22,496 nt of DNA from Octopus sinensis (GCF_006345805.1 NW_021836919.1:1-22496); one strand, 5' to 3'; shown: positions 11,963 through 21,619, counted from the first letter of the stretch. Notes: generated by a model from the letters alone, not told the origin. A program made the numbers and translations.

Positions 11963-12305
11963 ATTCTCGCCTCCAAGGCCAACCCTTGTCGAGCAGACAG
12001 ACCTATAATTAAAGTCTTTTATTCCAGTTTTGTAGAGCTACATAGGACTACGTTATATAATGTACTATCTACTTATTTAAAGCTGTTGAGTGATGGAGAT
12101 TTGGTTGGTCATTTTAGTACATCCATCAACTACGTGGAAGTTCCCTTATTATTTTCTAATTAGATTTACGGCGAGGACTATTGTTGTTGTTTAGCTCCAG
12201 GTAAATCTTGACAGAGAAGACTTATGATCAAAGACGTTCCAGTCATGTCTTACCGTCCTTCACATAATGGGCATTGCCTATCTAGCACTATGATATGCTT
12301 CATGT
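11963..12305 (+). repeat. Two tandem degenerate copies of the ~190-bp interspersed repeat (about 11963-12147 and 12180-12305)
   Basis: ctcca(a)gg...cttg..gag.agac.tat.at.aaag...ttccag occurs in both copies; similar to 5395-5578. Confidence 0.5.
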
Positions 12306-12401
12306 CACCTTACCACTAATATTTCTAAAAAAAATAGAGATGCGGTTGCCTTTCCAGTATGTTGAATGACTAGGCAGAAACTATGTCTAGTTGATTCATT
12401 T

Positions 12402-12460
<59 letters not shown>

Positions 12461-12735
12461 AATGACGACGACGAAAATGGTGTTGTGGTGGTAACGACAA
12501 CGACGACGATGGTGATGATGATGATGACGACGACGACGACGATGATGATGATGACAACGACGAAAATGGTGTTGTAGTGGTAACGACGACGACGATGATG
12601 GGGATGATGAGGATGATGATGATGACGACGACGAAAATGGTGTTGTGGTGGTAACAACGACGACGATGATGATGATGATGATGGTTGGCAATGGCGATGA
12701 TGGTGAAGAGGATGATGATGAGGTTGATGATGTTG
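12402..12735. repeat. (GAT)n/(GAC)n trinucleotide region with a three-copy higher-order unit
   Basis: Anchor ACGAAAATGGTGTTGT[G/A]GTGGTAAC at 12471, 12560 and 12631. Confidence 0.93.
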
Positions 12736-13097
12736 GCAAGATCAGGTCTAGTAGAAATACAATGAAATTAGTTGCACAGCTTGATTCTTCATACAATACG
12801 AATACAAGACAGGCAGCGGAGAATGGTTACTGATAAAAGCACAGCTATTATGACTCGGTAATATCAATATTATATTGTATATTGATATCGCTAATTGCAT
12901 GAAAATAAAGACGACGAGCAGACATATTTATATACCATGCCTATATGCATGCTTACACGTGCATATGAACATTTTATATACAAGCATGCATACATAAATA
13001 CATACGTACATACACATCATACACACATACCCACATCATACACACACACACATATATATATATATATGCATATATATACATACATATATAAATATGC

Positions 13098-13136
<39 letters not shown>

Positions 13137-13142
<6 letters not shown>

Positions 13143-13430
13143 GGTCAATAAGAAAACAAAAACACCACAGAATTAAATACGAAAATATGTATTAGGGACG
13201 TTTACAGTTAATAATATTAGGCTGACGTTCAAAGAAGGGAAAATACTATAGAGTCAAAGCTATAGGGTGAAGGGTTTCGGGAACAGTCCTTCGTTCGAGA
13301 CAAACAGTGAGTCCAGGGTAGCGAGGAAAGGAAGAGAGGAAGAGGGATAAGAAAAGAAAGAAGAGAAGAAAACCAGGGCAAAGCGCAGGTGGGTAACTCA
13401 CATGCTTGACTTCTGAGAGATAATTGTGGT
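13137..13430 (-). mobile_element. Probable Penelope-like element terminal-repeat remnant with a degenerate minimal hammerhead
   Basis: Minus strand: a pyrimidine-rich tract, then ctCGAACGA-A-GGA-ctgt-TCCC-GAAAC (13299-13274), two substitutions from the CTGACGA-A-stem-GAAAC core. An AT-rich tail follows and abuts (TA)n. No coding sequence is seen. Confidence 0.5.
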
Positions 13431-13843
13431 TTTTAATGACAAGAGAGTGCGTGTCGGTATGTATGTGTATAGATATGAGTGTGTGTGTGTGTGTGTGTGT
13501 GTATCTATGCTATAAAATAAATCAATAGAACTGTGAGAATGAAGACAACTGCTATTAGACAATAACCTCGTTGACAGAAGAAGAGATACCAGCTGAGCTG
13601 GTATAATTCATTACATTCTGATATCATCAGTGACTGATGATATCACGAAGGTGTTGTGTAGAAAGTCACTAATCATAAGTGCTTCAGAAAAATGGAGAAT
13701 CCGATTTGCGTAAACTAACGCATTTTTGGTAGTATGCATAACAGATGCGTTAACAGCGTTTTGTAATGATGCTATGATGCTCTATGGAATATATCTATAC
13801 GTTTAAGCAACCACTTTTTGTACTGATGGATGAAAGCAATTTT

Positions 13844-14000
13844 GGCTTTGGCTGTGTAGTTAAGAAGTACGGTTTGCAACAACGTGATTTCGAGCACATT
13901 TCCACTGCGTGGCACTTCGGGAAGGTGGTTTCTAGTATAACCACGGGGCGATCAATGCTTTGTGAGGGAATTTGGTAGTGGGAAACTATGTGGAAGCCTG

Positions 14001-14093
<93 letters not shown>

Positions 14094-14305
14094 TTGTGTT
14101 TGTCCCTTTCACGTCACTTGACAACTGGTGTTGGTATATTCACGACCTCGTAACTTAGCGGGTCGGCAAAAGAAACAGACAGAGCAAGTACTACATTTTG
14201 AAAAGTAAGTACTGGGATCGAGTTGTTCAATCAAACACTTCAAGGCGGTGCCCCCAGCATCGCCGCTTTCCAATAGCTGAAACAGGTAAAAAAAAAAAAA
14301 AGATA
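13844..14305 (+). mobile_element. Near full-length tRNA-derived SINE (octopus-type family A) with internal (TA)n(TG)n microsatellite and A-rich tail
   Basis: Head tggctgtgtagttaag (A-box-like) ... ccactgcgtggcac; body gtaacttagcgg...taagtactgggatcga...aaggcggtgcccccagcat...ctgaaacaggtaaaa(A)n. The 3' half recurs at 14575-14746 and 19400-19610. Confidence 0.85.
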
Positions 14306-14574
14306 ACTTTGTGAGTAGTAAAAGAGAGATTAGCTGATGCGGTTTTTATCTTTATAGTAGAACCTCGTCAAGGAGCAAATACCCCTTACAAATGAACACG
14401 GACTTATTACCTATAAAGTAACTATTAATAATAGCGTCAGAAAATCAGGTAAACGATAGTGTGTGGTAGCATCATAACAAAACCCAGGTAATGCACCAAT
14501 AATTTATAGTTTGATGTACTACTAAAGATGTATCTGTGTTAGTGTCACACCGTTCGGAAAGAAGCGGTGATATT

Positions 14575-14746
14575 CTTGGTGTATCCCTTTATGTCCCGTA
14601 ACTTAGCGGTTTGACAAATAGAGAGCGATAAAATAAGTACCAGACTGAAATAAGTACTGGGGTCGATATGATCGACTAAACCCTTCAAGGCGGTGCCCCA
14701 ACATGGCCGCAGTCCAATGACTGAAACCTGTAAAAGAACAAAAGAA
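14575..14746 (+). mobile_element. 5'-truncated copy of SINE family A
   Basis: cccgtaacttagcggtt...aataagtac...actggggtcgat...aaggcggtgccccaacatggccgcagtccaatgactgaaacctgtaaaaga aligns with 14140-14295. Confidence 0.88.
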
Positions 14747-14876
14747 TATGTATGTATACATATATATTTGTATGTATGCATATGAATATCTATGTGTATA
14801 TAAAAAATATATATATACATGCATGTATGTGTATATGTTGTAGGTATGCATATATATATGTAATGTAAATATATAT

Positions 14877-14908
<32 letters not shown>

Positions 14909-14935
14909 GTATATATATATGTATATGTATGTATG

Positions 14936-14981
<46 letters not shown>

Positions 14982-15105
14982 ATATATATATATATATATA
15001 TATATACATATCTATATACGTCACTAAAGTGTCAAAGGGCGCTAGTGCCCTTTGTCACTTTACTCTCTTTTCGGTGTAAAATTGCGAGTTACCACCCATA
15101 TTATT

Positions 15106-15153
<48 letters not shown>

Positions 15154-15419
15154 TATATACGTATATTTACATACATACATACGTGTATGTGTGTGTACTT
15201 ACATGTGTATATATAAATTTATGCACACACATGCACACACACACATGCACACACACACATGCACACACACACATGCACACACACACATGCACACACACAC
15301 ATGCAAACACACACATGCACACACACACACACATGCACACAAACACACATGCACACACACACACATACACATTTATTTATACATATTATTTTAGATACAT
15401 TCTTTATGCGAGTGTATAT

Positions 15420-15461
<42 letters not shown>

Positions 15462-15475
15462 GTGTGTATGTGTTT
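14747..15475. repeat. (TA)n, (TG)n and an (ATGC(AC)n) minisatellite-like array (about 15221-15360)
   Basis: Direct repeats; about 10 ATGC-punctuated CA units. Confidence 0.93.
15025..15062. repeat. 38-bp near-perfect palindrome
   Basis: taaagtgtcaaagggc-gctagt-gccctttgtcacttta; arms match 15/16. Confidence 0.92.
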
Positions 15476-15863
15476 CTCTGAGTCTGTATTTAAAACGATA
15501 GGTTTTCAAGGAAAAGTTGAATTGATTTCTTGTATCGTTAAAAAAATGTCGCATTGCTGTTTTATTTTCGGGACAAATACGATTGCAATTACTCGTATCC
15601 TTTATTAAAAGCCCATTTGCATGGCAATTGCATTGAGTGTATAACTTTAGCATTTCCTTACAGAATATAATACAGCTGAGTCGGCGAGTCTCTACTGTTT
15701 CTTCTTCTTCTTCTGTCTCCTCTCTTTTCAACGTTTTATATAATTTTTGCTTCCTCCATTTGCTTGAGGAAGAGATGCATTTATTTCCCCTCAGAAACAA
15801 CAGTCTAAAGAGCGGGCCATTTGTCTGACAACTATTCTTGTAAAGTAGAAAGAGAAAAAAAGT

Positions 15864-15868
15864 GAGAG

Positions 15869-15928
<60 letters not shown>

Positions 15929-16288
15929 GAAGTTGGATAGACAGAATGACAAAGAGGAAAAGCGAGTAAGCTAGAATAAGGAATGAAACATATCTGTAAA
16001 AATACATACATACATACACACACAACACATACATATAAATGCATATACACATATAAAATAAAGAGAGAGAGAAAGATAGTAAAGGAATATATATATATAT
16101 ATGTACAGTACATGTCTACATATATGATTATGTATATATATATATATATATATATATGCTTGCAGACACACAGACGCGCGCACATACACACATATATAAA
16201 ATAAAATAGAACATTTTCTTTTTCATTTTACCGCATGCACATCGCGTGCGAGTGCACGCACACACAAACACACACATACACACATACA

Positions 16289-16333
<45 letters not shown>

Positions 16334-16378
16334 CTATCTATCATCTATCTATCTCTATCCTATCTATCTATCTATCTA

Positions 16379-16419
<41 letters not shown>

Positions 16420-16441
16420 CTATATATATATATATATTAAA

Positions 16442-16516
<75 letters not shown>

Positions 16517-16816
16517 CTATATAGAGAAATACATATGCACGTTATATAAGTGTGCTCGTACACCTCTGTGTAAGTATATGTAAAGAATGTGACAAAAGCA
16601 TAAAAGAGAGGGAGAGAGAGAGGGGGGGAGGGACAGAGAGAAAGTTTGGGCGGGAAAGAAGATAGGCGACAGAGAAAAGAGGAGCAGTGAGAAAAGGTTA
16701 GGATAAAATGGTCAAAGGGAACGAGAGTAAGAGAGGGTAAGACTGTCAGCGAAAGAGAATTAAAGGGGAAAACATAGAAAAGAGAATGAGATAGAGAGTG
16801 AAACAGACAGAGAGTC

Positions 16817-16893
<77 letters not shown>

Positions 16894-16983
16894 TATAGGA
16901 AGATAGATAGGTAGATAGATAGATAGATAGGTAGATAGATAGAGAGATAGAAAGATAGATAGATAGACAGATAGATAGATAGG

Positions 16984-17029
<46 letters not shown>

Positions 17030-17037
17030 CAGAGAGG

Positions 17038-17072
<35 letters not shown>

Positions 17073-17235
17073 GGAGCAGGAAGGGAGGAGTAAGAGAGAA
17101 AGAGGAGAGAGGATTAGGGGACAGTAGAGGAAGAGAGAGAGAAGGAGGAGGGAGAGAGAGAAGGAGTAGGAGAAAAATGAGTGAAAAAAGAAAGTGTTGA
17201 TATGAGGGGGGGGGGGGGGTGGAGGAAGAAGGGGG
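15864..17235. repeat. (GA)n, (TA)n, (TATC)n, (GATA)n and purine-rich low-complexity region ending in poly-G
   Basis: Direct repeats: (GA)n 15864-15922, (TATC)n 16290-16515, (GATA)n 16817-17070, G-run about 17205-17219. Confidence 0.93.
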
Positions 17236-17954
17236 CACAGCGAATGCGTTCAGTGTCTCCTTACCCCTTCACCTCCTTCATTCATACCCCTATCGCCTGA
17301 AGAAGACCTGCTAGGGTTTAAGTAGAATGGCAACGAGCTGCTTGTATTGCTACAGACTTAGCGTGCACTGTTGGAGGAACTTAGGAAAAATGCACTTCCG
17401 GACTTTTGCGTTTCCACACGCGAAAGCACTTTCTTTTCTAATAGAAACGACTGAAAAGGAGGGCAATATAACATCGCAGAGGCCAAGCTATGTTTTTGTT
17501 AACGACGGGAAATGACCGTCTCTAGTTTTAAGTAATATTTTCAAAACGTTCTCTATTCAACGAATTCTAGAGTATACGAATATTCTTTGGGACTGTGCTG
17601 GTCATGATATTTTCGAATATTCCGTTGACTTCCGCAAACAGGCTTGTCTCGCTAAAATTGTGTTACAATTGTACACGTCATCATATGGTTTATTTTATTT
17701 TTATTTTTTAATTTTTTTTTTATTTTCTTCAGAGAAACTGTATGAAATTCTTCGCTCGAGTTTGGCATATATATCTATAATTAACTCATTCCGTGTTGAG
17801 TGGAAGGCTAAATCTGTATTTCAGGTTATATATGTAAGAACAAAAATATAGAGATAGGAGAAGGATGCCAATGAGGAATAAAAAAAAACAGGAGGCTGCA
17901 ATTCAAATATACAATGTGTGTGGTGTGTGTGTCGCCCCTTGTGGGTAATAAAGA

Positions 17955-17987
<33 letters not shown>

Positions 17988-18547
17988 CGTGTATGTGTAG
18001 GTATATTTGTGTGTGTTAATGTGCATTTACAAGAAAGAAATACCTTCATGTACAGGCATATACATGTACACTCACACACACACACCACACACACACACAC
18101 CACGCACACACACACATACATATATACTTGCTTCGGGGAGCTTTTAAGCTGGCTCCTGTGGAGGGTTCTTCATTGGGCGTTGAGCTCAATAATGACACTT
18201 TATGCATCGAGTACATATTAAATCTTATTAAACTTGAACAATATTTTTCAAGCAATGAACAGTTTTCGTCAAAACAATGTTATAATATGTCGACTTGGGA
18301 CTTATTGCAAAGCTTCATGATAAACAACATTTTTTGTCTTTACATTCAGGGGTCAGACTTTTGACGTCACCACTATCAACACCTTTGACTTCGCCGCCTT
18401 CCCCTCCACCACCATCACCATTGTCTTTCACATCCTCTACTATCACCATCATGCTTGACCGCCGCAGCTACCACCACCGCCACCACCATCATCACCGTCG
18501 CTTCCACCTTTATCACTACTACAGCCCATACTATTACTGAAGATTTG

Positions 18548-18690
18548 TCATGCCCAAATCTTCAGTGATAATGGACTGAACTGAACAGTAACTAATCTGC
18601 ACATCCTCTGATAACTCACGGATGGTGATCTGACAATTTCCTCTCACAGCTGCACGCAAATGTTTTTCTCAGTTCTTCTAAGCTAGAGCG
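18548..18690 (-). mobile_element. Mariner transposase fragment (second HTH region)
   Basis: Minus strand: LRAAVRGNCQITIRELSEDVQISYCSVQSIITEDLGM, matching the mariner pattern RRITIRELAEELxISxGSVxxILxEDLGM that precedes the WVP motif. Confidence 0.75.
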
Positions 18691-18802
18691 TTAAAACTTT
18701 GTGCACATGCACAACAGAGTCGAAGGTCGTCTGGTGTATCACATGCCTTATATATATATATATATATATATGAAGACCGTCGTATTTATGTATGTATATA
18801 TA

Positions 18803-19196
18803 TGATGACCGTCCACTCGTGACCGAGGAAGACCATTGCTGACCTTCAGGAACATTGTGAGCCCTAGGACTAACTTATATTTTGCATTTGCGGCTCCGGT
18901 GGTGGCTAATGACCCCTGCTCTTGACAAGCATAAACGACTGCAAACATTGCACACCAAGGTTTCCCCATTCACTACACCAGCAGTGTGCTTTCGAGCAGC
19001 ATGCTTAAGTTCTTCATGCTGAATACGTGCTCTCTCAAAAGTATCGACTCCTTCTTTAACCTGCTTCCTCCATCTGTGTGTCTGGAGTTTTTAAGGTCCA
19101 GCCGACTTTCAGAATGTGTCTGATACATCTCCGACGAAAGCGTTCAAGGACCCTTACATGTCTCTCATGAGTAAAGGAGCGATGTCACTACTGACA
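18803..19196 (-). mobile_element. RTE-clade LINE 3' fragment, 5'-truncated and internally deleted
   Basis: Minus strand: [11 protein letters not shown] / LERFRRRCIRHILKVGWTLKTPDT / HRWRKQVKEGVDTFERARIQHEELKHAARK...CNVCSRLCLSRAGVISHHRSRKCKI*, then a short 3' UTR ending gtcacgagtggacggtcatca. These are the post-RT and C-terminal Zn-finger-like motifs of RTE elements. Confidence 0.88.
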
Positions 19197-19221
19197 TATA
19201 TATATATATATGTATGTAATA

Positions 19222-19312
<91 letters not shown>

Positions 19313-19315
<3 letters not shown>

Positions 19316-19610
19316 CGTCGATAATATATATGTATATATACCTACACATATAATATATGTATATCTGTGTGTGTGTGTATATATATTATATGTATATACG
19401 TGTGTGTTTGTGTCTGTGTTTGTCCTCACGCCATCGCTTGACAACCAATGTTGGTGTGTTTACATCCTGTAACTTAGCGGTTCAATCAAAGAGAATAAGT
19501 ACGGGCTCGATTACATCCTGGAAGGTGTTCCACTTTTTTCTACTAAAATCCTTTTAGGTGGTGTTCCAGCATGGCTGCACTCTAATGATTGAAACAAGTA
19601 ACAAAATAAC
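19313..19610 (+). mobile_element. 5'-truncated copy of SINE family A
   Basis: gaccgtcg, a microsatellite, then tgtctgtgtttgtcc...catcgcttgacaacc...gtaacttagcggttc...ccagcatggctgc...gaaacaagta. Confidence 0.85.
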
Positions 19611-19626
19611 ACAATATGTATGTATG

Positions 19627-19658
<32 letters not shown>

Positions 19659-19747
19659 TGTATGTATGTATGTATGTATTATGTATGTATGTATATATAT
19701 ATAATATATATATTATAATATATATATTATATATATATTATAGATAT

Positions 19748-20625
19748 ACTCAGCATACGAAAGAAAGACTAAGTATGGGTAGGCTGCCCGGAAGCTTTGA
19801 AGAAGACAATAGAATTGATACGAAGCGCAGCCTCTCTTGGATACAAGAACCACTACATCACACTTTGAAGGCTATGCGTTTGCAATCCACGAATAGGTGA
19901 TTGCCGCAAAGTACTTGATGAACAAGACTCTCAGTGACGCTCTTGCAATTCCAAGGTACAACTGCATGTGTAGGCTATGTCATGTTTCTGTGAAAGACAT
20001 CACGCATGTGATTAATAGCTGTCCTAAAATGTCGTCAAGGTACTACATCCCTATGCAGCACGATGTTGTCGCTAAAGCAATTTACAATGCCATCCGCAAA
20101 AAAGATTGTCCTGAAACAAACTTTGAAAATCCCTCTGCTATGAAATACATTGATAAACACCAACTGAAGGAATAGTGGTGGAATATTCCCATCAAAACGT
20201 CATCAAATGTAAACTTAACAGGACGGATATTGTCGTTTGGGACTGTGGAGTAAAGGTACGTACAGCCATAGAGCTCAGCTGCGGATATAAATATTTCTTT
20301 GAAAATCAAAGGAAAAGAAGATATCTATGGAAAACTGCTTCGAAACTCAAGCTTGTATATCCGGAATATGAATTTATATTCATACAAATTATAATTGGAG
20401 CACTAGGTTTTGTTAGTAATGCTTAAAGGAGAATCTGAATAAACTGGGATTTTCAGAAAGAGAAATCAACTGGCTAATTCGTACATTGCAAGTGCAAAAA
20501 TGTGCAAGACTTTTCTCAAATTCCAAATGTGAATCTGTCTGTGTTAGCTACATCCCAAAGACAGAGACTTGTATCTTTGTTGGAAACTAGCTCCCTCTTC
20601 AGTGGAAGATATATAATAATTAAAA
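19748..20625 (+). mobile_element. Degenerate 3' fragment of an RLE-type non-LTR retrotransposon (R4/Dong-like)
   Basis: Across frameshifts and stops: TSHFEGYAFAIHE*VIAAKYL, CCHC knuckle CRLCHVSVKDITHVINSC (19969-20022), HDVVAKAIY, WWNIPIKT, KLNRTDIVVWD (RPD..D-type endonuclease, 20211-20243), IIIGALGFV, KMCKTFLKFQM* (stop 20530-32). A ~90-bp 3' UTR ends in tataataat. Confidence 0.9.
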
Positions 20626-20799
20626 AATAGAAGAGACATATTTTATCTTTTACTTGCTTCCACTTTCACGACGTAGTGATTTTTCTCTTATATTTTAAAC
20701 CAGGAAACAAAAAGGTCTTGTGGTTTGGTCTTATAATGATATATTTTTGCATGAATACGTACAGACTGAATATGGATAAATAATATAGGCTTCTGAATT

Positions 20800-20920
20800 A
20801 GACACGAGTTCATCAGTTTTGGGAGCAGGAAGTTAGTCATATCATCGACCCCAGTATATGATTGGTACTCTATTTTATCGATCCCGAAAGGCAAAATTGA
20901 TCTCTGTGGGATTCAAATGT
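20800..20920 (-). mobile_element. Truncated copy of tRNA-derived SINE family B
   Basis: ttagtcatatcatcgaccccagtatatgattggtactctattttatcgatcccgaaaggcaaa aligns with 21040-21140. Confidence 0.8.
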
Positions 20921-21007
20921 TGTACGTATCGAACCGGAAGAAATAGCGCAAGGCTTTTTCCCGATGCTCTGATGATTCTGTCAGTTCGCCACCATAAGGC
21001 TTTCGCT

Positions 21008-21204
21008 TTAGGCACAAGGCCAGTAAGTTTGACAGGAGAGAAGCAGACGACACCGTCGAACCCAGCAGTACTTGGTTAGTACTTCATTTTATTGACCACG
21101 CAGAGATAAAACGTGAAGTTGAGATCGGCGAAATTTGAACACAGAATTTAAAGTGTCGAAGAAATACCACCTGACATTTTGCTGAAGTCTAACGATTTTG
21201 CCAG
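21008..21204 (-). mobile_element. Near full-length, diverged tRNA-derived SINE family B
   Basis: Minus-strand head ctggcaaaatcgttag (A-box-like) and gtgttcaaatttcgccg (B-box-like), core taagtact...gggttcgac, tail ggccttgtgcctaa. Shares the taagtactggggtcgat core with family A. Confidence 0.8.
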
Positions 21205-21396
21205 TGGAAACAATAAAACGGAGTCACAGGTATACTATTTCTGAAAATGAGTTGGTCGTGGCTCGGTCAGAAGTAACACTAGGACTTAAGAAAACAATGT
21301 CGTCAATTCTAACTTTCAACTTCATTCAGCGTGAGTACCTTATAAAATTTGGAAGTACACATCGCGAATATAGGCTTACAATAAACACCCCTACAT

Positions 21397-21545
21397 ATAC
21401 AAGGTGCGAATCTAAAGTAGTTCTTTGAGAGAATGTTAGAGCGGCGGACGAGATGTCGTGCGGTATCTCTTTTAGCTCTATGCATTTTGAATTTTAAATC
21501 CCGCATCCTGTCACCGGAGAAATCCAAGCACTTCTGTACCCGGGT
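21397..21545 (-). mobile_element. Possible mariner 3' end fragment
   Basis: Minus strand RVQKCLDFSGD resembles the mariner C-terminal RWxKCxxxxGDY; ta|caaggtgcgaatctaaagt at about 21397 resembles a mariner TIR. Only one end is seen. Confidence 0.35.
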
Positions 21546-21619
21546 ATAATAGTGATAGACTTAAGAAGTCTTAAGCAAAGTATCTCAGCTAATCACTCTC
21601 ATTACATTCTGTGTGCATA

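Noticed and set aside
12464-12680. CRISPR-like repeat-spacer appearance
   Set aside because: Animal DNA, spacers are simple triplet repeats of unequal length, and there are no cas genes.
13844-13915. tRNA gene at the SINE heads (also 21130-21204)
   Set aside because: Only degenerate A/B-box-like motifs are present, with no cloverleaf; these are SINE heads.
15480-15850. ~120 open codons of unique sequence within ORF 15219-16052 (-), with a possible exon of about 15831-15662
   Set aside because: No recognisable homology. The GTAAGG donor is phase 1 in that frame and cannot join the phase-0 LIM exon, and one ORF of this length is plausible by chance.
17297-17320. CTGAAGA-AGACC-tgcta-GG as an intact hammerhead
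   Set aside because: The GAAA half of the core and stem III are missing; kept only as weak support for a Penelope relic.
17522-17700. WDCAGHDIF resembling a GTPase G3 (WDxAG) motif on +
   Set aside because: Short frame with no P-loop or other G motifs and no convincing splice sites.
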